Source: Kiritimatiellia bacterium
GTDB taxonomy: Bacteria > Verrucomicrobiota > Kiritimatiellia > RFP12 > UBA1067
NCBI GenBank assembly: GCA_050949565.1
Contig: JBMNFY010000001.1
Location: 226,033 to 290,032, forward strand
Length of the DNA: 64,000 nucleotides
Direction: 5' to 3'
Shown: piece by piece, positions 10,348 through 20,637 of the stretch
Numbering within the stretch: position 1 is the first letter of the stretch
How the letters are laid out: every line of letters begins with the position of its first letter
The notes under the pieces: model-generated
What the model was told of the DNA's origin: nothing
Seen by the model: the letters and a program-made list of their open reading frames with translations, nothing else
Databases searched by the model: none
Program-made: the position numbers and the translations under genes

Positions 10348-11547
10348 TTAGGCCGTCTGCTGGCGCGTGGTTTGAGTCAGCGCCACCCAGAGGATGTAGA
10401 GCAGCGCCGCGAACGGCACGATGAAGCCGACGATCTGGTTTTTGTTCGCGAGATCCACGACCCATCCCATGATTGGGGGCAGGATGGCACCACCCGCGAT
10501 CGCGGAAATCATCAGTCCGGAAATTTCGTTGGAGCGTTCGGGCAGGGCGTCAACCGTGATGGAGAAGATCAGCGGGAAGATGTTGGCGAAGCCCAGTGCC
10601 GTCACCACGATGCCGATGTATGTCAGGCTCTTGACGCCGCTGAAGACAGCCGCGATTCCGATGAGCGACAGCACGGCGGTCAACTTCAGGAAGAGCGCCG
10701 GTTGCAACACGCGCAGGATGGCTGCGCCCGCGAAGCGCCCCACCAGGATGGGCAGGAAGAACAGCGACCAACTCACCCAGAGACTGTTTTCAAGAACCAG
10801 GCCGAACCGCTCTTTCAACAACAGCGGCACGCCGGAGTTGAAGCACACCTCGGCTCCGACGTAAAAGAAGATGCCGAGCACCATCGTCAGCACAAAACGG
10901 TTTTTAGTGAAGAGTGTGAAGCAGGAGCGTAGCGTCGCCGGCTGACGCTGCTCGTCGCGCTCATCGGTCAACTGCAGGGGCAGGCAGGCGCACAGCGCGA
11001 TGACCAGCGTCGCTGCGAAAATCGGGTATTGGATCGACCACGACAAGCCCAAGGGTTTCGCCACCAGCGGCAGCAGCAGGAAACCCATGGATGAGCCCAC
11101 GGCTTTGACAGATTGTGCCAAGGACAGGTTACTCGAAAACTTGCCCGGAGGCGAGACGTCACGCATCACGGGGTTACCGCAGACTTGCAGAATTGTCGCG
11201 CCCGCGCACAATAGCAGGATGGAAGCCAGTATGACGTAAAATTTCGTCAGGTCGCCTGCGGCGATCTCCACCTGCCGACCGTACATGCCGGCTAAGATCG
11301 GCAACAGGGCGCCTGCTAGGGCGACCACCAGTCCGAGTATCAAAACGAACTTCTTTCCCTTGCGGTCCTGGACGATGCCCATCGGGACGGAGAGCAGACC
11401 GAACATCAGGAATCCGGTCAGGGGTACCAGTTGTGCCGTCAAATTGGAAACATTGAAGGTCTCTTTGACCAAGGTGACCAGAGGCCCCACAACATCCCCG
11501 AAGCCCATTGCCAGAAAAACCAAAAACACCGGCCATGCACGTTTCAT
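10348..11547 (-). CDS. MFS sugar transporter (FucP/GluP-like)
   Basis: About 12 hydrophobic helices; ILQVCGNP, GIFFYVGAEV and GFANIFPLIFS motifs; RBS before MKRAW. Confidence 0.85.
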   Translation of the reverse strand: MKRAWPVFLVFLAMGFGDVVGPLVTLVKETFNVSNLTAQLVPLTGFLMFGLLSVPMGIVQDRKGKKFVLILGLVVALAGALLPILAGMYGRQVEIAAGDLTKFYVILASILLLCAGATILQVCGNPVMRDVSPPGKFSSNLSLAQSVKAVGSSMGFLLLPLVAKPLGLSWSIQYPIFAATLVIALCACLPLQLTDERDEQRQPATLRSCFTLFTKNRFVLTMVLGIFFYVGAEVCFNSGVPLLLKERFGLVLENSLWVSWSLFFLPILVGRFAGAAILRVLQPALFLKLTAVLSLIGIAAVFSGVKSLTYIGIVVTALGFANIFPLIFSITVDALPERSNEISGLMISAIAGGAILPPIMGWVVDLANKNQIVGFIVPFAALLYILWVALTQTTRQQTA

Positions 11548-11609
11548 TTGCTTCTCCCTGAGTTGCATTCAGCGGCCGCCTATCGGCTGCCTTACGCCCA
11601 ACAGTATAC

Positions 11610-11643
11610 AAAAAAACCTCCCGGCGTACACCAGGAGGTTTTT
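11610..11643 (-). terminator. Intrinsic terminator after the XRE-family gene
   Basis: Minus strand AAAAACCTCCTGG-TGTACG-CCGGGAGGTTTTTTT, a stem with one G-U pair followed by a U-run. Confidence 0.75.
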
Positions 11644-11667
11644 GGCCCGCACTTCGGCGGGGTCGTT

Positions 11668-12843
11668 TTAGGTGTCGAACCGCACGCCGGACTGCCGGAG
11701 CACGCGTTTTATTGCGTTGACCGGCTTCATGTCTTTGCCGGCTTTCTGTTCTGCCACAAGTAGCAGGTCACCGATCCGGCCGTTCATGATGCAAGGCGGA
11801 CGGTTGCCGCCCGGCTCAGCAGCGGACCCCTTCTCCGCCTGAAACGCTTCCAGTTCATCCTCGAAGAGGAACGCGTGCGGGTCATGTTTCTGCTTGTCAC
11901 TCCGACTCAGGCCGAGTTCCTGCAACCGCATTGCAAGGCACCGGGCAGAGACACCGTAGCGCTTCTTCATGCGCAACAGCAGGTCGAACGTCCAGTTCTC
12001 TGGTGCTATACCCGTCTGCAGAACCGTCCTGCGGAGCGAGGTGGCAGGCAGGAGGAAGTTCAACATAAAGCAGTATGCGAACTCCTTTTCGTTCAACGTG
12101 TCAGCCTCTACGCTTGCTTGCGCATTTTGTTTGCGCACGTACCAGAAGACTCGCCCGAGTTCAAGGGTTGCGCGAATCATCTGCACTTCGGGCTGTTTCT
12201 TGAGGTTGCTGTTAATGAAGACGAAGCCATTCTGGTTGAACGGGTCGTAGCCGCTGAATGTCGTGCATCCTTCAGGCATGTTCATGAAGACGACGCGCAG
12301 TCCGGCATTTTCGAACAATTCCAGATAATCGGTCAGCATGGCATTGCCGATGCCGAGCCCCTGCCGCACGTAGGCGGCAACCTGTTTGGCACCGTCGTCG
12401 TCGGCCGTGAAGGGGATGCTCAGCGAGAAGTCCAGACGGGGCGCCACACCTGCCAGCTTTTCGAGTTTGGGGAGCGCTTCCGCCACTGTCTGACAGATGA
12501 TATGTGTCGCTTTCAGTGCCTCCGCATTTGGACACGACGCCACGTTTACAGGCGGCAGAACGACAGCGGCCTGTGCATCCGTTGGCGTTGCGCTGTCATC
12601 CCACACATCCTTCTCCTGGAACAGGTCATCGATCCGCACATTCAATCGTTTGGCCAGACGATAAAGCACGCGCCCTGACGGCAGATGCTTACCCTTTTCA
12701 ATCCAGCCGAGCGGTCCCGCTCTGATACCAATGTCTGTTGCCAACTTGATTTGAGTGATACCCTGGAGCTCACGTAATTTGCGGATCCGCGAGCCCACCC
12801 TCACCGCAATTTCATGCTCAGCGTAAGTTTTTTGTTTGCCCAT
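11668..12843 (-). CDS. XRE HTH regulator fused to an ImmA/IrrE-like (DUF955) domain with degenerate HEXXH
   Basis: N-terminal HTH_3 (IRKLRELQGITQIKLA...IEKGK); C-terminal GFVFINS...ATLELGRVF...NFLLP...YGVSA layout typical of IrrE/ImmA. Confidence 0.8.
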   Translation of the reverse strand: MGKQKTYAEHEIAVRVGSRIRKLRELQGITQIKLATDIGIRAGPLGWIEKGKHLPSGRVLYRLAKRLNVRIDDLFQEKDVWDDSATPTDAQAAVVLPPVNVASCPNAEALKATHIICQTVAEALPKLEKLAGVAPRLDFSLSIPFTADDDGAKQVAAYVRQGLGIGNAMLTDYLELFENAGLRVVFMNMPEGCTTFSGYDPFNQNGFVFINSNLKKQPEVQMIRATLELGRVFWYVRKQNAQASVEADTLNEKEFAYCFMLNFLLPATSLRRTVLQTGIAPENWTFDLLLRMKKRYGVSARCLAMRLQELGLSRSDKQKHDPHAFLFEDELEAFQAEKGSAAEPGGNRPPCIMNGRIGDLLLVAEQKAGKDMKPVNAIKRVLRQSGVRFDT

Positions 12844-13097
12844 AGTTCATTCCTTGTGTTGAGGTCCATTCTTTTCAATAGGGAAAACACTCTTGCAAGA
12901 TCCGCAAGGAGCGCTCAACGTCAATACAATTCCCAAATAAAAGATGAACCACCATTATGCCTTATTGTGTGCAGATAAACAAGCCGAAAAACAATTCATT
13001 CGTTAGGCAATATCTCGTTTTAGGGGGTATTCGAGGACCTTTAAAAGTGAAATGTCATACGTTTTCGTGTATGCGAAGGGAGAGGAATAGCGAATAA

Positions 13098-14450
13098 CTA
13101 AACTCCACGCGTGGCATGGTCACGTCCCCGGCGGTATTCCGGAGCGTAGATCGCCGAATCGCGGACCACGCATCCGCCGCGTCCCACGACATCCTTCATG
13201 ATTTGCGAACACATGGAGCAGGTGACGCAGCATTTGTCCGGGGTCATTTTCCCGTGCTCCAGAATGTCGCGCGGCGCATCGGGATATGCAAACGCGGAGC
13301 GTCCGAAGCCGACCAGATCGCACCAGCCTTCACGGATCATTCCGGCCGCGACCTGCGGTGCCAAATGCCGCAACCAAGAGAGAGCGGCGGTGATGACCGG
13401 TGCGCCGTGCGCTGCGTGGCGTACCGAGCGCACGGTCTCTTGAAAGCGCACGACTCCGCGCAGGGGATCTTCGGGCGGCGGCGGACATCCGACAAGCGCA
13501 CGGTCATGCGGCCGGTTCAGGTGGGGCTGAAACCGGGGATATCCCATTGAAATGTTGTGGAGCGGCACGCCGCAGGCGGTGAGTTCGCTGATCAGCCGCA
13601 GAGGCTCCGCGAGGTCCGCTTGCCAGGGGCCTTCGTGTTCCGCGACTCCCCAGCCGTACGGATAGGCGGAGGGTTCGAGGACGGTCAGGCGTGAGGCTAC
13701 CCATGTGTTGGGATTGAGCGTCTGGCGCATGGCCGCTATACACGCCTTCAGGAAGCGTGTGCGATTCTCATACGATCCGCCGAAGCGTCCCTCGCGCTGG
13801 CGCGCGCCGAGCAGTTCGGCCACGAGATAACCGTGTACGGCCTTCATGTCGACGCCGTCGAATCCGGCACGCTCGGCCAGTTGGGCGGTTGTTGTGAACG
13901 CATCAAGCAACCGGTCGAGCGCGTCATCGCTGATCGGTTCGCAGACCGGCATTTCAGGCATGGCTTGTTCGAGAAGCGGATTCCGTTGCGCCACGATCGG
14001 CGCGGGTTTCCCTTGCGGTCGGCTATAGCGGCCGCTGTGGGTCAACTGCAAGAGCAGCGTCACCTCGCCACAACCTGTTTCATGCGCCGCGCGGCGCGTC
14101 TCCTCAACCAGTCGTTGCCAGACAGCGAGATTGCGCTCAGTGAGCATGAGTTGGCGCGGTCCGGAGCGTCCCTCCGGCACGACCGAGACCGATTCAAACC
14201 AGATCAGCGCACTACCACCGGCCGCGTAACGGCGATAACGGCGGAAGGTCAGCTCTCCCGGTGTGCCGTCGTCATCACAAGCGTCCACACCCTCCATCGG
14301 TTGCACCACAAAACGGTTCGCCAGTTTGCGGCCCGCGACTTCCAGCGGTGTCCCCAATGGCGACAGGTCATCGCTCCAAGGCAACGCAGCGCCGATACGC
14401 GCCAGTTCCGCCTCCAGGTCTTCCCGCGTTTTCAAATCGAATCGTTTCAT
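13098..14450 (-). CDS. NADH:flavin oxidoreductase (old yellow enzyme family) with C-terminal Fe-S motif
   Basis: NRFVVQPMEG, QLTHSGR, GFDGVDMKAVHGYL, FGGSYENR, GFGR and CVTCSMC..C motifs; start set at MKRFD. Confidence 0.9.
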   Translation of the reverse strand: MKRFDLKTREDLEAELARIGAALPWSDDLSPLGTPLEVAGRKLANRFVVQPMEGVDACDDDGTPGELTFRRYRRYAAGGSALIWFESVSVVPEGRSGPRQLMLTERNLAVWQRLVEETRRAAHETGCGEVTLLLQLTHSGRYSRPQGKPAPIVAQRNPLLEQAMPEMPVCEPISDDALDRLLDAFTTTAQLAERAGFDGVDMKAVHGYLVAELLGARQREGRFGGSYENRTRFLKACIAAMRQTLNPNTWVASRLTVLEPSAYPYGWGVAEHEGPWQADLAEPLRLISELTACGVPLHNISMGYPRFQPHLNRPHDRALVGCPPPPEDPLRGVVRFQETVRSVRHAAHGAPVITAALSWLRHLAPQVAAGMIREGWCDLVGFGRSAFAYPDAPRDILEHGKMTPDKCCVTCSMCSQIMKDVVGRGGCVVRDSAIYAPEYRRGRDHATRGV

Positions 14451-14490
14451 GTGTCTACCCTCGTTTCTTGTAGGGACTTGATTACGTAAC

Positions 14491-15399
14491 TCATACCAAT
14501 CGTTTTCTTGCTGGACGCACCTCGTATAAGGCGCTGTCTTCCTGAACCATGGCGAGTGTCTCCGTTGAAGCTTTTTCAAACCGTAATTCGGCCGTCGTGA
14601 AGAAATCTTCGGTTTCGGCTTTCAGGTATTGCGCCGCCATGCGACAGTACTCAGGATCGATTTCAACGCCGATGCTGTTTCTCTCGCTCCGCAAAGCAGC
14701 CACCATTGTTGTTCCTGAACCGCAGAAAGGATCAAGAACCGTGTCGCCAACAAACGAAAACATGCGCACGAGTCGTGTGGCCAACTCGAGCGGATAGGGC
14801 GCGGGGTGCTTCTTGGTTGAAGCGCCGCCTATATTCCATATCTGCTGGAACCAGCGGTCAAACGACTCCTTATCAATTCTGCTTGCATCACGTTGCTCTT
14901 TCGTGGGTTGCCGATAGCCCCCTGGTTTCCGCTGCATCAAAATGAACTCCATATCGTTCTTGATGATTGCGTTCGGCTCGTAAGGCTTGCCAAGGAATTT
15001 TGAGCCGTTTTCGACTTCATAGGAGGCGTTCGCGATCTTGTGCCAGATGATTGGGTTCAGATTGTCGAATCCGATCCGACGACAGATGACACAGATGTCA
15101 GCATGAAGAGGGAAAACGAGATGTCGACCGAATTTTTTCCGGGCGACACACACGTCGCCGACGACGCAGACCAGACGCCCGCCAGGAATTAGGATGCGGT
15201 AAACGTGCCGCCACACCTTTTCCAACTCGAACAGAAATGCCTCATAATCCGGAATGTGCCCCAGTTGGTCTGGGTTTTCGTTGTAGCGCTTCAGATTCCA
15301 GTATGGCGGCGAGGTCACTACCAGATGAACTGATGAATCGTCGAGGAATGCCAATTCTCTGGCATCTCCTTTAACAAGTCTGTGAACGGTTTTTTTCAT
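14491..15399 (-). CDS. Site-specific DNA methyltransferase, beta class (N4-C/N6-A)
   Basis: TSPPY motif IV precedes HPAPYP and VLDPFCGSGTT (motif I). Confidence 0.92.
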   Translation of the reverse strand: MKKTVHRLVKGDARELAFLDDSSVHLVVTSPPYWNLKRYNENPDQLGHIPDYEAFLFELEKVWRHVYRILIPGGRLVCVVGDVCVARKKFGRHLVFPLHADICVICRRIGFDNLNPIIWHKIANASYEVENGSKFLGKPYEPNAIIKNDMEFILMQRKPGGYRQPTKEQRDASRIDKESFDRWFQQIWNIGGASTKKHPAPYPLELATRLVRMFSFVGDTVLDPFCGSGTTMVAALRSERNSIGVEIDPEYCRMAAQYLKAETEDFFTTAELRFEKASTETLAMVQEDSALYEVRPARKRLV

Positions 15400-15403
15400 G
15401 AGT

Positions 15404-16134
15404 TCAAGCAAAGGCCGTGACGTGCGCTGTAAGGGTTTTTGCAAAGCGCTCGACACTCAGATCTTCTGCGGGAATCGCGAAACGTCCGTGAATGCCGTCG
15501 TCTTTGGTGGAAGAGATGAACGCTGCTGCAGTGTAGTGTCGCTCCAGAACGAGCTTACGGCAGAAGATTTCGTAACGGCGCATGTATGATGCACCGACGA
15601 ATTCAGGAAACACCGAGAAGTGCGGCTCCTTGACCTTGACGGGACGGTTGGATGAGGGGCTGTCCTCCAGCATGAAAAGTACCCCAGAAATGGCTGAGGA
15701 CTGTCGAGATAGGCACGTTCTCGATAAGCAGTCCACAGATCGAGAGCGCTTCCCATGGCCTCTTCGGTTCGATTATTGAAATTATTGCCAAAAGATGGAC
15801 CGACCTGCGACTTGGCTTCAATGGCTACTAGCAATGTCTTATCGCGAACGACGAGCAGATCCCATTCCTTTGTGGGACGGAAAAAACCCGGCAGTTCAAC
15901 AGCCTTCTTTCTGAATATGAAACGCTCAGGAATTCCGGCTTGGACGATCAATTCTGCGAAGAGATCGATGAAGCCGTCCATTTGTGCGCCGCCGGTTACG
16001 GCGCTACGGGCGCCCTGGTCCGCCTTGCCCGCCTGACGTTGTCGGTCATGCTGGCCGATCCGCGTATTCCAGTAGTGTGCCACCGCCACACCTGTGCGTT
16101 CGATCAAGCTATTGAATATACTACCCGAGTTCAC
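15404..16134 (-). pseudogene. PaeR7I/XhoI-family type II restriction endonuclease, frameshifted
   Basis: PTKEWDL...IEAKSQVGPSFGNNFNNRTEEAMGSALD in one frame and FMLED...SYMRRYEIFCRKLVLER in another; adding one base to the A4 run at 15675-15678 restores GYFFMLED. Confidence 0.85.
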
Positions 16135-16140
16135 AGGCAC

Positions 16141-16168
16141 AGTGTACCAAATTTTTTCCCTCCTTCAA
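16141..16168 (-). promoter_or_regulatory. Promoter of R-M operon 1, probably leaderless
   Basis: TTGAAG-16 nt-(TGg)TACACT, then 6 nt, then GTG 16134. Confidence 0.5.
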
Positions 16169-16208
16169 CTTCTCTGCGATATTCGGTTTTGGCAGGTTGC
16201 ATGACATG

Positions 16209-16706
16209 GACAACTAACGGACAGGTGTTTTGAATATGCATCATGGCAAGGTGGCTCCGCGCACGCGCGGAGAGAAAGCGGTGCCGCGACCCGCGACAGC
16301 GCGGTTCTTGTCACCGCACCAAATTTTCCGCCGCGCCACGCGCGGCATGACAATCATGACAAAGGGACCATGACAAAGAGACAGGTATTTAGACAATTAA
16401 TGTTTACGCGGCTTTTCGCAAGTTCTGCCCGTTCGACTGCTCCTTTTAGGTTAAGTAGGGCGGGACGTCTCGGACCGCCCCACACACGCCTTGCGCACGG
16501 TTCGCTTTCGGCGGTTCGAGACGTCCCGCCGTACTTTGCGCTACACCAACCAGTCATCCGTCTCGCGGAGCACCGGGAGGGACGAGCGTCTGCTCGTCCG
16601 GGCGGCGTTCCACGCCGCCACACGGGCAGGATGCCCGTGCCACACAGCTCGGCACCAGTCTTGTGCAACAAAGGGACAGGTATTTAGATTACCCCTAACC
16701 GATTAC
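16209..16706. repeat. Mosaic of REP-like palindromic repeats
   Basis: Contains GAAAGCGGTGCCGCGACCCGCG.. (also near 28988, and 37037 reversed), an inverted GTAGGGCGGGACGTCTCG pair, 16559-16619 nearly equal to 37130-37190, CACGGGCAGGATGCCCGTGCCAC at 16621-16643, and three GACAGGTRTTT motifs. Confidence 0.85.
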
Positions 16707-16750
16707 CTATTGTGTTGACTGACAAATAACGCAACTGATATTTTCAACGC

Positions 16751-17743
16751 ATGAAAAACAAAGGGATGGATAACAAGACAAGTTGCTCCGTGCTTGGAAG
16801 GCGCGGGTTCCTCAAATCGGCGCTCTCTTGCGGTGCGCTCGCCGCTGTTTCGCGTCTGCCTGCGTTGGCGGACGATCCGGCCATATTTCCGGATCGCGGG
16901 CGATTCGAGCGCCTCAGTATCGCCAAGGTGCATGTGGACGCTGGCGCGCGGTCGCCGTTTTCGGTGCTGCACATCTCTGACACCCATTTTACGGACGCTT
17001 ATCCCCATGAGGACAAGTGGAAGCAGCAGCTCAAGAAGGCACGCACCCAGACTTTCGGCGGACGTCAGGAAGAGGCGTTCAGCGATTCGATCGCATGGGC
17101 AAAGGCCAACTGCGACTACCTGCTCCACACAGGGGATCTCATCGACTGGCTTTCGCAAAAGAATCTCGATCTGGTGAAGCAGTACTTTGGTGAAAACATG
17201 TTCGGTGCCGTCGGCAATCACGAGTATTCGCCCTATATGTGGCTTGACCGTGAGGCGAACGCCAACACCTCCCGTACGGATATCCGCGCCGAGCTTAAGA
17301 AATACTTCCCGTTCGACATCCCGTTTGCTTCGCAGGAGATCAACGGTGTCAACTTCGTGTCGATCGATGACTCGGACGCACGCGTGACACCGGAGCAGGT
17401 GGAGCGGTTCAAGAAGGAGGTCGACAAGGGGCTCCCGATCGTCATCATCAAGCATATACCCTTCTATACCGACTACATCTGGCGTCAGAACGCCAAGTTC
17501 TGGAAGTACGGATCGAAGTTCCGTTCTGCGGCTGCGCCCGATTTCACCGGTGACGCGCTGACGCAGCGGAATGATCCGACCACGCGCGATTTCATTGCGT
17601 ATCTCAAAACGGTTCCGCAGCTCAAGGCGATTCTCGCGGGGCATCTGCATATCACGGTGCAGGATCGTTTCTCGCCCACGGCCATGGAATACGTGGTCGG
17701 CGGCAACTTCCTCTTCCACGGCCAAGAGGTCACGTTCTCGTAA
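16751..17743 (+). CDS. Tat-exported calcineurin-like metallophosphoesterase
   Basis: RRGFLK Tat motif; ISDTH, TGDLID, GNHE, IKHIP and AGHLH motifs. Confidence 0.9.
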   Translation: MKNKGMDNKTSCSVLGRRGFLKSALSCGALAAVSRLPALADDPAIFPDRGRFERLSIAKVHVDAGARSPFSVLHISDTHFTDAYPHEDKWKQQLKKARTQTFGGRQEEAFSDSIAWAKANCDYLLHTGDLIDWLSQKNLDLVKQYFGENMFGAVGNHEYSPYMWLDREANANTSRTDIRAELKKYFPFDIPFASQEINGVNFVSIDDSDARVTPEQVERFKKEVDKGLPIVIIKHIPFYTDYIWRQNAKFWKYGSKFRSAAAPDFTGDALTQRNDPTTRDFIAYLKTVPQLKAILAGHLHITVQDRFSPTAMEYVVGGNFLFHGQEVTFS

Positions 17744-17751
17744 GGAGAGTC

Positions 17752-18225
17752 ATGGACATACCTGTTACCACTGCCATCCGTGCGTTGCGCGCGGGGAATG
17801 CAGCATTCACGCCTTGCGTGTACGACTACGTGGAGCACGGCGGCACCGACCGTGCCGCTCATGAACTCGGGGTCGGAGAACACGAGACGGTCAAGACCAT
17901 TGTGATGGAAACGGATGCCAAAAAACCGTTCATTGTGCTGATGCACGGTGATCGGGAAATCTCGACGAAGCAGATGGCGCGCCTGCTGGGCGTGAAATCG
18001 GTTGCGCCCTGTTCGCCTGAAAGTGCCACGCGGCACACGGGGTATCTGGTAGGGGGGATCAGTCCTTTCGGCACACGGAAGCAGTTGCCGGTCTACGCCG
18101 AGGAGTCGCTTTTCGACCTGCCGCATCTCTACATCAACGGCGGCCGGCGCGGCCTGCTTGTGCAAATCGCGCCGGACGTGTTGGACCAGTTGCTCCACCC
18201 GCAACGGGTTCAGGTGGCGATCTGA
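17752..18225 (+). CDS. ybaK: Cys-tRNA(Pro) deacylase YbaK/EbsC
   Basis: VKTIV, TGYLVGGISPFG and INGGRRG motifs; RBS AAGGAG. Confidence 0.9.
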   Translation: MDIPVTTAIRALRAGNAAFTPCVYDYVEHGGTDRAAHELGVGEHETVKTIVMETDAKKPFIVLMHGDREISTKQMARLLGVKSVAPCSPESATRHTGYLVGGISPFGTRKQLPVYAEESLFDLPHLYINGGRRGLLVQIAPDVLDQLLHPQRVQVAI

Positions 18226-18234
18226 TGTGGGCGG

Positions 18235-20637
18235 TTACCGCAGGATGAATATCATGCCGTCGTTATAGACGAGATCGAGCGACTTGCCGTCCGCGGACCA
18301 CTCCGCGCGCCACTTGCTGCCCTGCGGACGCGTGTAGGAGGGCGGATTCACCAGCACACCGGTCGCCGCCACGCGGATGAGGGGACGCGTCCGTTCGGTC
18401 CGTGTCGAGCCGAGTTCGTCCACATCCGTCACCACGAGCCTCGTGTTGGGCGCGAACCGCAGCGTGGCGCCGTCCTCCACGGTGAGCGGCACGCCCGCAT
18501 CAACGTCCACCTTCCGCACCGTCCAGGTGGTGTTCGTCACCTGCACCTCGCCGTTCCGGATCGTCGGCAGCCCCGTCAGCGACGGGAACGTGACCGGCGT
18601 GTAGGGCAGGACATCGTTCGCGTCGAATACCGTGCCGGGCGCGAACTTCACCGCGCCTTCAAACGTGGGGCGGCACAGCGCGGGATCGAGCAGCGAGCGG
18701 TCGAGCTCGGGGCGCAGGAACGAACCGTCGCCCGGATCCTGCAGCTTCACGTAGAAGGAGTGGTTCGTCACGGACCGCGCCAGCCAGTCGATGCCGATGC
18801 CGAAGTTCGCCGTCCAGCCAAGGTCCGTGTTGGCTGCCGGTCCCTTGTCGTTGTTGTAGGCATTGTACATCGACACGAAAATCGGCTGCCAGCCCGCCGT
18901 GAGCGTGACGGCCGGCCCCACGTACATGCGACTCCAGCCCACGGTTCGTCCGGTCAAGTCGTCCGTGTTGTCCTTCATCTTCACGACCGTCTCTCCGCCG
19001 ATGTCCACGCGCACAAACCGGGTGATGGACGAGGCGAAGTTGCAGACCACGGGCGTCCCCGCCTCGCCCGGAATGTTGATGTAGCCCTTATAGGCGAAGT
19101 AGTTCTTGTATTTGCTGTTGTTTTGTCCCGGATTCTCCCCCTCGTGGTAGTACGGCCAGGCCTTGTAGGCATATCCCACGCCGGTCGGGTCGATGCCCCA
19201 GTAGGTGCCCGAGGGATTCGCCGCTCCCAGATCATAGCCGCCGTTGTGATGGTACCAGTGGAGTCCGGAAGGGGTGGACGGCATCTGCGTGGCGAACCGG
19301 ACGATGCCACCCTGAACGTCGGCATCGCCGAGGATCCGGGCTGGGCCGAAGAACGACAGCGTCCCCGCCCCCGTCTTGACGAGGGACTTGAAGGAACTGC
19401 TCTTGACGGCGGGGAGGTTCGACACCACCACACGACCATGTGCGACCAGGTCAGGGTAGGTCAGCACCGCGGGGGTGTGCGGCGTATACATTGGGAAGTT
19501 GCCCTCCGTCAACGTCAGCAAAACGGCATTCGTCAAGGCGAGCGGCCCGCCCTCCACGGGGATCGCACCGTTGGCCAGAACGGAGAAGCCGCCCTTGACG
19601 TCCGCATCGCCGACGCCCGTGGTGACGCCCGAGGCCGAGGCGCCGCCGGCAAAATCGTTCTGGCCATTCGCCAACTGGAGCCAACCGCCCTGCCCGCCAT
19701 AGAAGCCACCCGGCCCCGAAATCTTGCCCGCGAGCGTAATGCCGCGAAGGCTGGTTGGTGAATCCAGAATGTCGTTCTTGATCATCCCGCCGAGCGTGAT
19801 CGGCCCCGCCCAGATATTCCGCCCGGAGGTTGAACCCAAAGTGAATTGCTCGCTGTTGGACGAATAGAAGGCCCCGTTTCCGAGAAACTCGAGCGTGCAA
19901 TTCATGGCGGGGGTTGATTTCCACAGGCTCACCGTTCCTCCGGAACAAATCGTAACCCTGTTTGTCGCATCGCCGCCGATGCCCGATCCATCCTGATAGG
20001 AGATCGCGCCCTTGAGCAGATCAATGTCGCCCATCTTCTGCACCGTCGACGCCACGATGTAGAACCAGCCTTGGTTGCACTGGACGGAGAGCTTGTGGTG
20101 GTTCATGTCGAACGGGTAGGCGAATCGGATGTGCATGTTCTTCTCCAGCACGAACAGCGCATCGCCCGTCAGCGTCAGATACTTGGCGATGTTGGGGCAA
20201 TCGGTCATGTTGTGGATGGCGCCGAGCCCACCGTAGCCATTCCCCTCCACGTAGAAGTGTTCCGTCAATCCAAACGCGGGCGGAAGATTTCCGCTATTGT
20301 CGGACGTTCGATAGTTCTCCAGCGTGCCCGCGTCCGACACGTAGGTGGCGCCGTCCGCCGTGCCGAACGCCCCAAGCTCCCGCACGCGGAAGATGCCGTT
20401 CGTGACGTAGATGGTCCCCGTATAGTTCGTCAGCATGCCGCCCGGTTCGAGGATGCCGCCGCCCGAGAGCACGAAGTCGTTCGCGCCGATAGCCGTCACG
20501 TCATTCTCCGTGAGGGCGTAGGTCTCGCCTTCCGGCACGGTCAGCACGTACCGTCCATCCACAATCTCGCTCGTCGGCGCGGCCCAAAGGGCCATGCCTG
20601 CAAGCGCGAACACCACCACCGCGACACTCTGTTTCAT
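18235..20637 (-). CDS. Secreted protein with autotransporter-associated beta-strand-like repeats and a PA14-like domain
   Basis: Signal peptide; YTGTIYVTNG and LVKTGAGTLSF repeats; YKGYINIPG...VTLTAGWQPI; ends in GMIFILR. Confidence 0.7.
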   Translation of the reverse strand: MKQSVAVVVFALAGMALWAAPTSEIVDGRYVLTVPEGETYALTENDVTAIGANDFVLSGGGILEPGGMLTNYTGTIYVTNGIFRVRELGAFGTADGATYVSDAGTLENYRTSDNSGNLPPAFGLTEHFYVEGNGYGGLGAIHNMTDCPNIAKYLTLTGDALFVLEKNMHIRFAYPFDMNHHKLSVQCNQGWFYIVASTVQKMGDIDLLKGAISYQDGSGIGGDATNRVTICSGGTVSLWKSTPAMNCTLEFLGNGAFYSSNSEQFTLGSTSGRNIWAGPITLGGMIKNDILDSPTSLRGITLAGKISGPGGFYGGQGGWLQLANGQNDFAGGASASGVTTGVGDADVKGGFSVLANGAIPVEGGPLALTNAVLLTLTEGNFPMYTPHTPAVLTYPDLVAHGRVVVSNLPAVKSSSFKSLVKTGAGTLSFFGPARILGDADVQGGIVRFATQMPSTPSGLHWYHHNGGYDLGAANPSGTYWGIDPTGVGYAYKAWPYYHEGENPGQNNSKYKNYFAYKGYINIPGEAGTPVVCNFASSITRFVRVDIGGETVVKMKDNTDDLTGRTVGWSRMYVGPAVTLTAGWQPIFVSMYNAYNNDKGPAANTDLGWTANFGIGIDWLARSVTNHSFYVKLQDPGDGSFLRPELDRSLLDPALCRPTFEGAVKFAPGTVFDANDVLPYTPVTFPSLTGLPTIRNGEVQVTNTTWTVRKVDVDAGVPLTVEDGATLRFAPNTRLVVTDVDELGSTRTERTRPLIRVAATGVLVNPPSYTRPQGSKWRAEWSADGKSLDLVYNDGMIFILR

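Noticed and set aside
14451-14579. N-terminal extension of the OYE ORF
   Set aside because: It overlaps the MTase 3' end; the downstream ATG 14450 has an SD-like GAGG
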